Counted from the stretch's first letter, positions 1 through 11,128 are shown. The stretch is DNA of 30,448 nucleotides from Bacteriovoracaceae bacterium (GCA_049599895.1 JBMYPC010000021.1:1-30448), one strand, 5' to 3'. The notes: a model not told the origin generated them from the sequence alone. Translations and numbers: made by a program.

Positions 1-140
1 GGCATGGGAACTTTATAGACTCCATCACCTTTCACAACAGGTAGCTCACCTTTAGAGATGTACTTTCTCAATTGATTTCGAATCTTGCCTTTCACAATTT
101 TACGAAACCGAGAATGATCCCTTTTTATAGGGTGATCCAT
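1..140 (-). CDS. DUF444 (YeaH/YhbH) family protein, 5' portion only, runs off window edge
   Basis: Not in the ORF track. Manual translation from ATG at 140 gives MDHPIKRDHSRFRKIVKGKIRNQLRKYISKGELPVVKGDGVYKVPMP, resembling the DUF444 N-terminus. SD-like AAGGGA upstream; lies 17 nt downstream of prkA, the usual position. Confidence 0.85.
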   Translation of the reverse strand, partial: MDHPIKRDHSRFRKIVKGKIRNQLRKYISKGELPVVKGDGVYKVPM

Positions 141-157
141 AATAATCCCTTTTAAAC

Positions 158-2221
158 TTACTTACCCTCTGGAGCGGTATCACCTTTTGCAAAAATCGAG
201 GCCACATAATTAAGGGCATCAGTTGCACTAATCTCACAATAACCATGGTTTTTAATGAGACGAGATTTGATGATATCAATTTTCTCTTGTGTTTCTTTAT
301 CCACAACTTTGGAAATAAAAGTTGTAAGTTTGATCGAATCTTTTTGATCTTCGAACAACTTAAGCTCAAGTGCTCTATGAAGCCTTTCGTTCATTTTGTA
401 ATCAAACTGCTTGCCTTCAATTGCAAGAGCTCCAATGTAGTTCATAATCTCACGTCTAAAGTCATCTTTTCGGCTTTCAGCAATATCAATCTTTTCTTCA
501 ATCGAGCGCATAAATCTTTCATCAGCATCTTCAAGTTTATTAGAGTACTTGTTTCTGATTTTTTGTTTTTGCGTATAGGCCTTAACGTTATCAATATAAT
601 TGGCACAAAGAGTTTGAATTGCATTTTCATCAAGACTGATGGCCTTTTGAACATCATTCTTCACAAGCTCTTCATACTCTTGTCTAGCAACAGCAAGCAT
701 TTCTCTAAAAAGCTCAGCTTGATCAGGAGAACTCACAAGACTGTGATGCTTAAGCCCCGACTCAAGTTCATTGAAAACCATAAAGGCATTCAGTGAACCG
801 GTGTGGCCATACTTAACAAGAGCATTTGAAATTTTATCTTGAATATATCTTGGCGAGATCCCTTCAAGACCTTCTCGCATAGCTTCCTTTCTCAGTTCTT
901 TAACATTGTCTTCGTTATAACCTGGAAGAGTTTTACCGTTATAGAGCTTGAGTTTTTGTAAACGAGCAAGATCTGATTTCTTAGGATCCTCAAGTCTCGT
1001 AAGAACCGCCCACATCGCGGCCACATCAAGTGTGTGAGGAGCAATGTGCACATGAGGGATTTTATCTTTATTAAAATCTCTTTGATAGATTCTCACTTCT
1101 TGATCCAATCGAGTGATATAGGGGATGTCGATCTTCACAGTTCTATCGCGAAGAGCTTCCATAAATTCATTACTTTGAAGTTTTCTAAATTCAGGCTCAT
1201 TCGTGTGACCAATAATGACAAGATCGATATCTGTTTGAGCGAATTTTTTTGGTTTAATCGAATGCTCTTGTGATGCTCCAAGAAGATCATAAAGAAAGGC
1301 GACATCAAGTTTAAGCATCTCAATAAACTCAATCACACCACGGTTGGCGATATTAAACTCTCCATCAAAGTTAAAGGCCCTAGGATCAGAATCAGATCCA
1401 TAAACGGCAATCTTTCGGTAATTAATATCACCTGTCAGCTCGGTTGAGTCTTGGTTCTTTTCATCTTTTGGTTGAAAAGTCCCAATACCAATTCGGTCTT
1501 TTTCAGAAAGAAGAAGTCGCTTCACTCTGATATGATTGAGAACTTTTAGCCAGTCACCATCATACTTTTTAAGGTATTCATTAAAGATATAACGATCAGC
1601 TGGACAAACTTCACCTTTAATATTGATTTTGTGACCGCCAGTCACACCTTTATTAACCTCTTCTAAAAACTGTTTTCGCACATCAAGTGGAATAAGTTTT
1701 AAAGGTTCTTCATGCATAGGACTTGGAAAGACTTTCGCTCCACCTAAAATTTCCGTTGGTTCTTCATCAAACCACTCAAATGTATAAAGTCTTCCATCGT
1801 CAGTTTTTGAATAATGCTCAAGACCTTTTTTAAAGAGCCTTGCGATAGAAGACTTTGCAGAACCAACAGGTCCATGAAGAAGAAGAACCCTTTTCTCAGT
1901 TCCATAGCCAGCAGCTGCTGATTTAAAAAAGTTCACAAGCTTCATGAGATGAACATCAATACCAAAAACGGCATCTTTACCATTCGCGATTGGATCATCG
2001 AAAAAATGATAACGAGTAATCTCTTTTTTATATTCCGTGTACTGAGATGTACCGTAAGTCATGATCATGTCGTGAACTCTTTGAAATGAGTTACGAGCAA
2101 TTCGTGTGTCTTCAGTAACAAGATCGAGATATTGTTGAAATGTCCCTGACCAATTGAGGTGACTGAAGTCACTAGCTTTATAATTTTTTTCCATGAAATC
2201 TTGAATATCGACCTTGGCCAT
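158..2221 (-). CDS. prkA: PrkA/YeaG family AAA+ serine protein kinase
   Basis: 687 aa; Walker [61 protein letters not shown] motifs; SD AGGAG upstream; followed by a DUF444 gene. Confidence 0.93.
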   Translation of the reverse strand: MAKVDIQDFMEKNYKASDFSHLNWSGTFQQYLDLVTEDTRIARNSFQRVHDMIMTYGTSQYTEYKKEITRYHFFDDPIANGKDAVFGIDVHLMKLVNFFKSAAAGYGTEKRVLLLHGPVGSAKSSIARLFKKGLEHYSKTDDGRLYTFEWFDEEPTEILGGAKVFPSPMHEEPLKLIPLDVRKQFLEEVNKGVTGGHKINIKGEVCPADRYIFNEYLKKYDGDWLKVLNHIRVKRLLLSEKDRIGIGTFQPKDEKNQDSTELTGDINYRKIAVYGSDSDPRAFNFDGEFNIANRGVIEFIEMLKLDVAFLYDLLGASQEHSIKPKKFAQTDIDLVIIGHTNEPEFRKLQSNEFMEALRDRTVKIDIPYITRLDQEVRIYQRDFNKDKIPHVHIAPHTLDVAAMWAVLTRLEDPKKSDLARLQKLKLYNGKTLPGYNEDNVKELRKEAMREGLEGISPRYIQDKISNALVKYGHTGSLNAFMVFNELESGLKHHSLVSSPDQAELFREMLAVARQEYEELVKNDVQKAISLDENAIQTLCANYIDNVKAYTQKQKIRNKYSNKLEDADERFMRSIEEKIDIAESRKDDFRREIMNYIGALAIEGKQFDYKMNERLHRALELKLFEDQKDSIKLTTFISKVVDKETQEKIDIIKSRLIKNHGYCEISATDALNYVASIFAKGDTAPEGK

Positions 2222-2442
2222 TGGCTGTTCTCCTATTTTATTTTTTTCTCGAATTAATTTTGTTTTTTAAATTCAATAACATCAATATATTATAACCAGT
2301 TGTTGGCCTCTTTATCCAACTGCTTTTTAATCCCGAGTAAACAACACCGCTATTCAGTCATTGAAGCTCTTAAGTATTTGCGTTTACAATTAGAAGAAAT
2401 AAAAACTTCGACTCGAGAACTTGAGTCTAGAGGGCGGACAAT

Positions 2443-3186
2443 ATGCCGATTCTTTCATCCGGTTTATGCGATATCGGAAGAAAAAGAAAAACCAACCAAG
2501 ACGCTATTTATCTCAACCCAGAGAAAAAGCTTTTTGTCGTTGCCGACGGAATGGGTGGCCATAATGGCGGTGATATCGCTTCAGCCATGGCGGTGAAGTA
2601 CATTCCTAGCTCACTTCTCTCAAAGTCTAGTATCAACCCTATAGAAGGCTCAGTTAATTCCGTACTTGAGGCGAATCGACTTATTAAAGAAAAAGGTCAA
2701 ACTGACGCAAAGCTATCGGGAATGGGGACAACTGTTGTCAGTTTGTTTTTTCATAAAGGAATTGCCTACATTACCAATGTTGGTGACTCGAGAGCTTATC
2801 TCGTCCATGACCATATGCTCTATCAAATGACACGGGATCACTCCCTCGTCCAAGAAAAGTTGAATGTCGGAATCTATTCAAGAACTGAAGCTAAAAATGA
2901 TCCCAACAAAAATGTCCTAGTGAGAACAGTTGGTTTCGATGACGACGTTGAGATCGATGTTTTCACCTATAAAGTTTGTCGAAATGACATTTTCTTGACT
3001 TGTTCAGATGGTCTTTCCAGTAAAGTTTCGGATGAGGACATTATTTATATTGTTAACAAGATGCTCCCCGATCCAAGCACTGCAACACAAAAAGACATTG
3101 ATGCTACAGTGAAACGTCTTGTTGATCTGGCCAATGAAAATGGTGGGCAAGATAATATTTCAGTAATTTTAGTCTTGGCCCGATGA
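2443..3186 (+). CDS. PP2C/Stp1-PrpC family Ser/Thr protein phosphatase
   Basis: DIGRKRKTNQD, VVADGMGGH, NVGDSRAY, TRDHSLV, CSDGL and GGQDNIS motifs all present. Confidence 0.95.
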   Translation: MPILSSGLCDIGRKRKTNQDAIYLNPEKKLFVVADGMGGHNGGDIASAMAVKYIPSSLLSKSSINPIEGSVNSVLEANRLIKEKGQTDAKLSGMGTTVVSLFFHKGIAYITNVGDSRAYLVHDHMLYQMTRDHSLVQEKLNVGIYSRTEAKNDPNKNVLVRTVGFDDDVEIDVFTYKVCRNDIFLTCSDGLSSKVSDEDIIYIVNKMLPDPSTATQKDIDATVKRLVDLANENGGQDNISVILVLAR

Positions 3187-3195
3187 GGCCAAACC

Positions 3196-3225
3196 TAGAC
3201 TTTTTCAATGCTTAGCGATTACAAT
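3196..3225 (+). promoter_or_regulatory. Possible sigma-70 promoter for M23-secA operon
   Basis: TAGACT-N18-TACAAT in the 77-nt gap upstream of the TTG start. Confidence 0.35.
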
Positions 3226-3263
3226 AAGCCAAACTCATTTGAAAAATTTGAGATGGAGAGATT

Positions 3264-4292
3264 TTGAGCAAATTTGTCACACTAATGATTATTCCCGAAA
3301 GAGAAAAGGGTGTTAAGGCCATTAAGGTTCCTCGTTTGGTTTTTCGCTCCATCATCATTCTCATTTGTGTGAGCACAATGGTTCTTGGAATCTTTGCCTA
3401 CGACTATTGGAAAATCATTCAGCAAGTTTTTGAAAACAAACACCTCTCAATCGAGAATCGTCAGCTTCGAGAACAAATTCAATTATTTCAAATGAAAATC
3501 AATTCACTTAGTAAAGAGATTGAAAGAATTGAAAACTTTGAAAAAAAACTGAGAGTCATAACCGGTCTTGAAAAAATTGATACTCCTTCAGCAAAGAATG
3601 CTGTTCCAGATCAATCCTCAGTTATTCCCCAGATGAAAAATCCCGAGCAAGAAAAGAAAAAACTCAATAAGCTCATCAGCCTTTATGAGCAAAAGATTGC
3701 TTCGAACTTTGGAATTCAAAACGACTATAAAGTTTCAAAAGAAATAAACAAACTCACAAAGAGAACTTTCAAACTGGCAACGGACTTTGCAAAGTTTGAT
3801 ATCTCCTATGATGGACTCAAAGCAGATATGAAACAGCTTGAAGTCAAAGTCCATGAAATAGACAGCTACCTTCTTGATCGAAAAAGCTTTCTCAACTCGA
3901 CCCCTACTCTCATGCCTACCAAAGGCTGGGTCACAAGTTATTTCGGACCAAGAATTTCGCCGATTTCAAAAAAACTAGGAATGCACGAAGGCATTGATAT
4001 TGGAGCAAGACCTGGGACAACAATAGTCGCCCCAGCTGATGGAATTATTACTTTTGCAGGATCAAAAGCAGGCTTTGGAAAATTTATCTCTATTGACCAC
4101 GGTTATGGAATTGAAACCGCTTATGCTCATGCAAAGATTGTTAAAGTCAAATCAGGCCAAAGAATAAAAAGAGGGACTGTCCTTGCTCTAGTAGGAAATA
4201 CTGGTTACTCCACTGGTCCTCATCTTCACTATGAAGTGAGAATTAATGGAACACCTGTAGATCCTCTCTACTACATTCTCGATCATATTTAG
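3264..4292 (+). CDS. M23 family metallopeptidase (membrane anchor + coiled coil + M23 domain)
   Basis: TTG start with GGAGAG SD; N-terminal TM helix; coiled coil; [27 protein letters not shown] motifs; directly upstream of secA. Confidence 0.93.
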   Translation: MSKFVTLMIIPEREKGVKAIKVPRLVFRSIIILICVSTMVLGIFAYDYWKIIQQVFENKHLSIENRQLREQIQLFQMKINSLSKEIERIENFEKKLRVITGLEKIDTPSAKNAVPDQSSVIPQMKNPEQEKKKLNKLISLYEQKIASNFGIQNDYKVSKEINKLTKRTFKLATDFAKFDISYDGLKADMKQLEVKVHEIDSYLLDRKSFLNSTPTLMPTKGWVTSYFGPRISPISKKLGMHEGIDIGARPGTTIVAPADGIITFAGSKAGFGKFISIDHGYGIETAYAHAKIVKVKSGQRIKRGTVLALVGNTGYSTGPHLHYEVRINGTPVDPLYYILDHI

Positions 4293-4303
4293 GAGCAATA
4301 ATA

Positions 4304-6868
4304 ATGAACCCGTTTCAATTTTTATTTGGTACAAAAAATCAGCGTGACTTAAAGGGATTAAAACCCTTCGTCAAAAAAATCAACGCCCTCGAACCTCAAA
4401 TGGAGAAAATGAGCGACGAGGAGTTGAAGGCCCAAACAGATAAATTCAGAGCGCAAATTAAAGAAGGTGCAACACTTGAATCCCTTCTTGTTGAAGCTTT
4501 TGCCACAGTAAGAGAGGCATCAAAAAGAGTTTTAGGAATGAGACCATTTGATGTTCAGCTTATGGGTGGACTCGTTCTCTTTAAGGGGATCATTGCTGAG
4601 ATGAAAACTGGTGAAGGGAAAACCCTAACCGCAACTCTCCCGCTTTATCTCCATGGGCTGACTGGGAAAGGGGCTCACCTTGTTACTGTTAACGATTATC
4701 TTGCAAGCCGTGATGCTGAAGATATGGGACAACTTTTTAATTGGCTTGGACTAACAGTTGGTTGCATCACTAACGATATTGAAGACGAAGATCGAAAAGA
4801 GCAATATGCCCGAGACATTACCTATGGGACAAATAACGAGTTTGCCTTTGATTATCTTCGAGACAATATGAAGTTTGATCTTGAAAATTATGTTCAAAGA
4901 GAACTCAATTTCTGTATTGTCGATGAGGTTGACTCTATTCTTATTGATGAAGCCAGAACACCTCTTCTTATCTCTGGTCCAAGTGAAAATGACCCAGGAA
5001 ACTATCAAGTTGCAAATCAAGTTATTCCTAAACTCTCAATTGCAAAACATTTTACGGTTGATGAAAAATCAAACTCCGCCATTTTCACAGAAGAAGGGAT
5101 TGTTGAAGTTCAAAAGATTTTGAAGATTGAAAACCTCTTTGATGTTAACAATAGTGGCCTTCTTCACCATCTCAACCAATCACTTAAGGCCCATTACCTC
5201 TTTAAAAAAGATGTTCATTATGTTGTCAAAGAAGGTCAGGTCATCATCGTTGATGAGTTCACCGGGCGTCTTAAGGATGGATCGAGATGGTCTGATGGAC
5301 TTCACCAGTCAGTTGAGGCTAAGGAAGGAGTTCAGATTAAATCTGAAAACCAAACACTTGCTTCGATTACATTTCAAAACTACTTTAAGCTTTATAACCG
5401 CCTAGCCGGGATGACCGGGACCGCTGATACTGAAGCAGAAGAATTTCATAAAATCTATAACCTTGACGTTATTGTCATCCCTACCAATGTTCCAATCGCA
5501 AGAATCGATGACCCCGATGTTATTTATGCGACTCGAGATGGTAAGATCAAGGCCATTTGTGAGCTCATAAAAGAGCTCAATGCCAAGGGACAACCCGTTC
5601 TTGTAGGGACAATTTCAATTGAATCTTCTGAGGTCATTTCCCAGTTTCTAAAAATGCATAATATTAAACATGAAGTCCTCAACGCAAAGCAACACGAGCG
5701 TGAAGCTCCCATTATCGCCGCTGCCGGACAAAAGGGCGCAATTACGATCGCAACGAACATGGCCGGTCGGGGTACCGATATTAAGCTTACAGAGGAAACA
5801 AAAAGTTATGGTGGTCTTTATATCATCGGTACTGAACGGCATGAATCAAGACGTATTGATAATCAGCTAAGGGGACGTTCTGGTCGTCAAGGGGATCCAG
5901 GTCACTCGAAGTTTTTCATCTCTCTTGAAGATGATCTCATGAGAATTTTTGGTTCTGACCGAATCAAAAATATTATGACGAAAATGGGAATGAGTGATGA
6001 TGAGCCAATCGAACATCGAATGATCACCAATGCGATTCTTAAGGCGCAAAAGAAAGTTGAAACTCACAACTTTGAAATTCGTAAGCATTTACTAGAATAC
6101 GACAATGTGATGAATGAACAACGTCGAGTCATCTACCGTCTAAGAAAAGAAATTCTTTCTGATAACGACAACCTCGGCTTTATTTATGAAATGGTTGAAG
6201 ATGTCGCAGATAATATCGTTGAGACATACAGACCACAACGAAAAGTCCCTATTGAGTCGTGGCCTTGGGAAGATATGAAAAAAAGCTTCTCTGTTACCTT
6301 TAATACAGAAGTTCAACTTAACGTTGAAGATTGTCTTCGCCAATTCGATGGTGATCCTACTGAGTACATGGTTGATTCAGCAAAGAAAATTCTTAATGAT
6401 AAGTTCTCTCAATATCCAGAAGATCAGGTCAAAGTGGCAATTAGAGAAATTCTTCTTTCTATCTTTGATCAACACTGGAAAGATCATCTTCTTTCTATGG
6501 ACCATCTCAAAGAAGGAATCAATCTAAGGGCCTATGCTCAAAAAGATCCTCTAAACGAATATAAGCATGAATCTTTCAAACTCTTTAATGAAATGAGAGG
6601 GATTGTAAAAAAGGCAGTTGTGGAGAATATCTACAATGTCCACCTCTATACTGAAGCAGAGATTGAAGAATTAAAGCAAAAACAACAAGAAATTCTTGAA
6701 GCTCAAATGAAGATGCATCAAGAAGAGCTCAAAAGACAGGAAGAAAAAGAAAACCAAGCTGCGGCTGCTGCCAACGCCCCTTACAAAAGGTCTACAGCGA
6801 AGGTTGGAAGAAACGATCCTTGTCCTTGCGGTTCAGGTAAGAAATTTAAACACTGTCATGGAAGCTAA
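4304..6868 (+). CDS. secA: Preprotein translocase subunit SecA
   Basis: [64 protein letters not shown]-terminal SEC-C motif [26 protein letters not shown]. Confidence 0.99.
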   Translation: MNPFQFLFGTKNQRDLKGLKPFVKKINALEPQMEKMSDEELKAQTDKFRAQIKEGATLESLLVEAFATVREASKRVLGMRPFDVQLMGGLVLFKGIIAEMKTGEGKTLTATLPLYLHGLTGKGAHLVTVNDYLASRDAEDMGQLFNWLGLTVGCITNDIEDEDRKEQYARDITYGTNNEFAFDYLRDNMKFDLENYVQRELNFCIVDEVDSILIDEARTPLLISGPSENDPGNYQVANQVIPKLSIAKHFTVDEKSNSAIFTEEGIVEVQKILKIENLFDVNNSGLLHHLNQSLKAHYLFKKDVHYVVKEGQVIIVDEFTGRLKDGSRWSDGLHQSVEAKEGVQIKSENQTLASITFQNYFKLYNRLAGMTGTADTEAEEFHKIYNLDVIVIPTNVPIARIDDPDVIYATRDGKIKAICELIKELNAKGQPVLVGTISIESSEVISQFLKMHNIKHEVLNAKQHEREAPIIAAAGQKGAITIATNMAGRGTDIKLTEETKSYGGLYIIGTERHESRRIDNQLRGRSGRQGDPGHSKFFISLEDDLMRIFGSDRIKNIMTKMGMSDDEPIEHRMITNAILKAQKKVETHNFEIRKHLLEYDNVMNEQRRVIYRLRKEILSDNDNLGFIYEMVEDVADNIVETYRPQRKVPIESWPWEDMKKSFSVTFNTEVQLNVEDCLRQFDGDPTEYMVDSAKKILNDKFSQYPEDQVKVAIREILLSIFDQHWKDHLLSMDHLKEGINLRAYAQKDPLNEYKHESFKLFNEMRGIVKKAVVENIYNVHLYTEAEIEELKQKQQEILEAQMKMHQEELKRQEEKENQAAAAANAPYKRSTAKVGRNDPCPCGSGKKFKHCHGS

Positions 6869-6889
6869 TCACTTCTTAAAAAGGAAAAT

Positions 6890-8104
6890 GTGACAGACAA
6901 AAAAGACCTTACAGATCTTCACGACTTATCGGAATTCAATCATGAAGATGATCCTGAGGTCGACGCGCAACTTGAGCAAGAATTTAAAGAAAAAACGACT
7001 TTGACCTCTCTTGGTGATCTTGACGAAGAAGCTGAAAGTCTTGAGTCATCAGAAGAGGCCCTAGACGAACAAGACTTTGAAAACGATTTTGAGAACGACC
7101 TCAGCGATTTTGAAGATGAATCAGAAGATGAATCAAGTCAACCTGAGGCTTACGAAGCGATTCACGAAGGGCTTCAAGAAGACTTCCATGAGAGCGGTCA
7201 AGAAAATGATGAAGAGAGCTCAGAAGAAAGCTATGACTTAAGTGAAAGCATTGAAGCTAAAGTACCTCAAGAAAAACCTGAAGTTCAACAAACTCAAGCT
7301 CCTCAAGAAGCTCCAAGGCCAGTTGAGCCTAAGGCCCATGTTACCAGTATTGAAAGCCTTAAAGAGCAAATCAAAGACTTAAGTTACTCCCCTTCTCAAA
7401 CAGCTTTAGGGCCACAATACTCTCTTATTGTACAAGGTAACCTTTTTGAAAAATCTGAACTCATTCAAAGGGCCCTTGATGATTATCAACTAGGCATAGA
7501 CCTAAATGACCATGCTTTTTCAGGTCCATTAAGGGCCGGCAAAATTCTGATACCAAGACTCAACGAATTTTTAGCTTATCAGGTCACCATTAGACTTAAG
7601 AATCTTGGACTTCAAAGTTTTATCTTCCATATTGATCAAATTGATCACGATGAACTTGAAGGTCTCGATCCAATTGAAGTCTCAGGCATTGAAAGTGAAA
7701 TTCTTCTCGAGCAAAACATTGAGGACGAAGCTGATTTTGATGAACAGGCTGATTGGGATGGAGTGCTCATTACAAAATCAGGTGGTATTAGGAATCATAA
7801 ACTTCTCAGACGCTCTGGTCCTGTTCTTAAAATCTACACTCTCACTGAACAGGTTTATAACGACTCGCTCAACCAAATTGAAGACTTTGACCGACAACTC
7901 AAGTCTAGTCAAAACCTTCCAAAAGAAATCTTTTCTCAATATATGGAACAAGTTTATAAAGACCTCTGTGAACTTTGTGAAGAACACAATGCAAATTGTG
8001 TCGTGAACTTTGAAATGAGTATTGAAAAAGATTACCCTAATGTCCTATTGAAGTTTACTGGCGATATGCTTGGAGTAAGAAAAGTAAAGAGCCGTGAATA
8101 CTAA
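6890..8104 (+). CDS. Hypothetical protein: very acidic disordered N-terminus, C-terminal YbjQ/UPF0145-like domain
   Basis: 404 aa, GTG start with AAGGA SD; about 120 aa D/E-rich N-terminus; C-terminus (VLITKSGGIRNHKLLRRSGPV...LCEEHNANCVVNF...LKFTGDM) follows the YbjQ pattern. ORF is secure, domain call tentative. Confidence 0.6.
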   Translation: MTDKKDLTDLHDLSEFNHEDDPEVDAQLEQEFKEKTTLTSLGDLDEEAESLESSEEALDEQDFENDFENDLSDFEDESEDESSQPEAYEAIHEGLQEDFHESGQENDEESSEESYDLSESIEAKVPQEKPEVQQTQAPQEAPRPVEPKAHVTSIESLKEQIKDLSYSPSQTALGPQYSLIVQGNLFEKSELIQRALDDYQLGIDLNDHAFSGPLRAGKILIPRLNEFLAYQVTIRLKNLGLQSFIFHIDQIDHDELEGLDPIEVSGIESEILLEQNIEDEADFDEQADWDGVLITKSGGIRNHKLLRRSGPVLKIYTLTEQVYNDSLNQIEDFDRQLKSSQNLPKEIFSQYMEQVYKDLCELCEEHNANCVVNFEMSIEKDYPNVLLKFTGDMLGVRKVKSREY

Positions 8105-9557
8105 TCTCAACAAGCCACCTAGTCCCGAAGAAAGTTACGATGCCATTATAGTCGGCGCGGGAATTGTCGGAATCCAGATTCTCAATGAACTTTCAGGACA
8201 TGGACTCAAAACCCTTTTAATTGATCAGGATGACTTCTGCTCACAAACCAGCGCGGCAAGCTCTAAAATGCTTCACGGAGGGATTCGTTATTTAGAAAAT
8301 TATGATTTTTCTCTTGTTAGAGAAGCCCAAAAAGAAAAAAAAAGAGTCTCTCAGCTCGCTCCACATGTGACCTATGAAGAAACATTTCATCTCCCAGTTT
8401 ATGAGGAGTCATTGCGACCTGCTTGGCAAATTAATATCGGTACGAAACTCTATAATTTCTTTTCAAATTCACTTAAAGGAAAAACTCAATGGCTCAACAA
8501 AAATGAGACTCTTAAGAAATTTCCTCATCTCGATCCTAATGGACTCAAAGGCTGCGCTCTTTATGAAGATGTCATCATGGATGATCGAAAGCTTGCCATT
8601 GATCTTCTTCTCACAACACTCAAACGCAAAGAGGCAAATGCCATTAATCACTTATCTCTTGAAAAAGTCTCAGAAGAAGGGGATATATACAGAATTCAAC
8701 TTAAAGACCAAATCACTAAAAAAGAACTCAATACCAAGGCCAAAGCCGTTATTTACGCCTGTGGCCCGTTTACAGATAAGGCCATAAAAAAGACCTTCAC
8801 TTCTCATGATGATTGGAAGTGGTTTCCCGTAGTTCTCGCCTCTAAGGGGAGCCATATTTGGATTGCGAACAATAACCGAATACTCTCTCCAATTGTCATG
8901 ACACCTAATGATGGAAGAGTGATCTTTATTATTCCAAGAGAGAACAATCGCGTTCTTATTGGAACTACTGAAGTTTCAGAAATTGAAAATTTTGACTCTC
9001 CTTCCCCTTCTGGGAAAGAAATTGATTATATCATCGATAATTTTAATGAGTATTTTCCCAATATGAAGATCACAACAGCGGACATCATTGGCCAATTTTC
9101 AGGAATTAGACCTCTTATTCAAGAAGGTCACGGCCATCGTGGAAAAACTGCTCGTCATCACAAAATTTATAGGCCTGCAAAAAACGTATTTACTATTGCT
9201 GGGGGAAAATGGACTACATTTTGTGTCATGGGTAGAGATATTGCTAAAGAAGTCCTCACTAATTTTAAAATTTCATATAACCCTCATCACTCTCAATTCG
9301 ATATCGTCCCACTATCAGGGTTCTATGCCCAAAACATCCAAGAGCTTTCTAAGGCCTATAAAGAAAACTCAAACGATGCTGAAAGAAAGCTTGATAAGAT
9401 GCTCAAACAGGTTTTAAGTAATGAGTTTGTTCGAACCCAGGATGACCTTGAGAGACGAATTGGACTAAAAGACAGTCTGTTTAAATTTGATAAAGAACTT
9501 GAAGAGCTAATCCTAACAAAGGTCTCCACACTTTCCGCTATTCATAAATTGAACTAA
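8094..9557 (+). CDS. glpD: FAD-dependent glycerol-3-phosphate dehydrogenase/oxidase
   Basis: DAIIVGAGIVG FAD motif, TSAASSKMLHGGIRYLE, SKGSHI, DGRVIFIIP, LIGTT, FSGIRPL, IAGGKWTT; C-terminal domain appears shortened. Confidence 0.88.
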   Translation: MNTNLNKPPSPEESYDAIIVGAGIVGIQILNELSGHGLKTLLIDQDDFCSQTSAASSKMLHGGIRYLENYDFSLVREAQKEKKRVSQLAPHVTYEETFHLPVYEESLRPAWQINIGTKLYNFFSNSLKGKTQWLNKNETLKKFPHLDPNGLKGCALYEDVIMDDRKLAIDLLLTTLKRKEANAINHLSLEKVSEEGDIYRIQLKDQITKKELNTKAKAVIYACGPFTDKAIKKTFTSHDDWKWFPVVLASKGSHIWIANNNRILSPIVMTPNDGRVIFIIPRENNRVLIGTTEVSEIENFDSPSPSGKEIDYIIDNFNEYFPNMKITTADIIGQFSGIRPLIQEGHGHRGKTARHHKIYRPAKNVFTIAGGKWTTFCVMGRDIAKEVLTNFKISYNPHHSQFDIVPLSGFYAQNIQELSKAYKENSNDAERKLDKMLKQVLSNEFVRTQDDLERRIGLKDSLFKFDKELEELILTKVSTLSAIHKLN

Positions 9558-9924
9558 AGCAATAAAGGACTCTTGTTCTACTATAGTTATATTTTGTATC
9601 AAAGTGTCCCATTTCAACAGGAAAGTTACTTGTAGACTTACCGATAACAGATAAAGGAACCTTTACTGTTTCTATAACTCTGTGCCCAGCTGTAATGTAA
9701 ATTTCATGAGTTTGAGTTGTTTCTTTATAAAATAAATCTTTAAGGACCTCTACTCTTTCATTATCTGGTAAGTGCACACCATTAGTCATAAAAAGAGTTG
9801 AAGCTTGGCCATCAAGATTGACCACAGATCGATCCCAAGAGTTTTTATCTGCACATTGAATATACTGTCTGGCTTGAGCAATTTGGCTTAAGAGAGTTAC
9901 TATTGCAAATAGCATTATTTTCAT
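9538..9924 (-). CDS. Small secreted hypothetical protein
   Basis: Signal peptide MKIMLFAIVTLLSQIAQA. The ATG at 9924 is 6 nt from AAGGA, whereas the track's ATG at 9930 abuts the SD. Two Cys, one near each end of the mature protein. Confidence 0.75.
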   Translation of the reverse strand: MKIMLFAIVTLLSQIAQARQYIQCADKNSWDRSVVNLDGQASTLFMTNGVHLPDNERVEVLKDLFYKETTQTHEIYITAGHRVIETVKVPLSVIGKSTSNFPVEMGHFDTKYNYSRTRVLYCFSSIYE

Positions 9925-9962
9925 AATCATTCCTTAGATTAGTACCTGATAAGTCTAGAATG

Positions 9963-9991
9963 ATTATTCAAACAAAAATTTTAATTGTCAA
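9963..9991 (-). promoter_or_regulatory. Sigma-70 promoter of the small secreted protein gene
   Basis: Minus strand TTGACA (9991-9986)-N17-AATAAT (9968-9963). Confidence 0.6.
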
Positions 9992-10001
9992 ACACAAAGC
10001 T

Positions 10002-11117
10002 TTAGAAGCGATATGACAAACCAAATTGAAACCGAAGACCTGATACCGTTTTGGCATAATTACTGGTTTGCCCAGAGCTTGAATCAGTAACGGAATATTC
10101 CTCTTCACGTGTGTAGTAATCAAGAAGTAGTCGTCCACCAAAACCATTTTGGATATAGTATTTAAGGCCACCACCAAGGCTTGCAAAGGTACTTGAGCCA
10201 TCGTAGGGAGTCGTAGTTGATTTATTTGTGCTATCAACAGTTGTTACTGTGTCTGTGGTTGAACCAACACCAAAACTTCCAGTGACATAGCCTATCATTT
10301 GGCCATAACTCAAAGGGTGGGCCAAAAAATGATAACTTCCCCCGAGGCCGTACTCGAGACCTTCACTGCTGGTTTGATTTCCCGTCACTCCTGCAACTTC
10401 GTTTGAAGTCGTATGAACAATCAAATAAAGACTAATATCGCCGATGAAGGAATTCTTTTGAGCAAAGTACTTCTCAAAGCCTAAAGAAAAATCCATTGAT
10501 GAATTACTACCCGAAGAAGAAAAACCATCTGTTGAAGAGTCAGCAGTTAAGCTACTAAAGTTTGCAATTCCGAAAACTTCAAGAGTTCGAGTTGAATCGA
10601 CTCCCATGTTATAGGCGGTATAGACAGGTGGAGGTGGATTGCCACCTAATTGCACAAGATCGTTGCGCTCATCTTCAGTAAGTTGAGACTCAAGGTCATC
10701 AGCACCTTTTTCAAGAGGAATCTGCAAGGCCTCTCTTTCTGAAGCAAATTTATAGCCACCAAGGGCCTTAGTAGGGTCATCTGTAAGTTTTAAAGGGGTT
10801 GAAATTTTAATACCAAAAACTCGATCTTGAGTTAACTGAGCTGGATCGACAAAACGATAAATAGACCAAACAGAGCGAGTTGGAGAAGCTTTCACAACAA
10901 CACCTCTTGCAATCACTCCACTGGTGAGAAAAAACTTGGCGTGATCACCTACAACGAGACCATCTTCAAGCCCTCGGTTGGCAAGAACAGTTTTCTTTGT
11001 GTTTGAAAGCCTTAAAATTCTCACTGTTAGCTTCTCATCAATTTCGAGACTCTGAACGACGTTCGACATCAGGCCAATTAAAAACAAAATACCAAACTGA
11101 CTTATTAACTTTTTCAT
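10002..11117 (-). CDS. Putative outer-membrane beta-barrel protein with N-terminal FlgT-C-like beta domain
   Basis: Signal peptide; NRGLEDGLVVGD...IARGVVVKASPTRS; PPPP linker; amphipathic beta strands; ends FGLSYRF (BAM-type signal). Confidence 0.7.
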   Translation of the reverse strand: MKKLISQFGILFLIGLMSNVVQSLEIDEKLTVRILRLSNTKKTVLANRGLEDGLVVGDHAKFFLTSGVIARGVVVKASPTRSVWSIYRFVDPAQLTQDRVFGIKISTPLKLTDDPTKALGGYKFASEREALQIPLEKGADDLESQLTEDERNDLVQLGGNPPPPVYTAYNMGVDSTRTLEVFGIANFSSLTADSSTDGFSSSGSNSSMDFSLGFEKYFAQKNSFIGDISLYLIVHTTSNEVAGVTGNQTSSEGLEYGLGGSYHFLAHPLSYGQMIGYVTGSFGVGSTTDTVTTVDSTNKSTTTPYDGSSTFASLGGGLKYYIQNGFGGRLLLDYYTREEEYSVTDSSSGQTSNYAKTVSGLRFQFGLSYRF

Positions 11118-11128
11118 ATTTCCACCAT

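Noticed and set aside
245..796. 183-aa antisense ORF inside prkA (and similar F/I/L-rich ORFs opposite other genes)
   Set aside because: Hydrophobic composition is the expected mirror of K/E/D-rich codons on the coding strand.
2222..2442. Sigma-54 promoter for prkA or PP2C
   Set aside because: No convincing TGGCAC-N5-TTGC with correct GG-N10-GC spacing found by eye.
2300..2596. 98-aa ORF spanning the prkA-PP2C intergenic region
   Set aside because: TTG start without SD, overlaps PP2C out of frame, no recognisable features.
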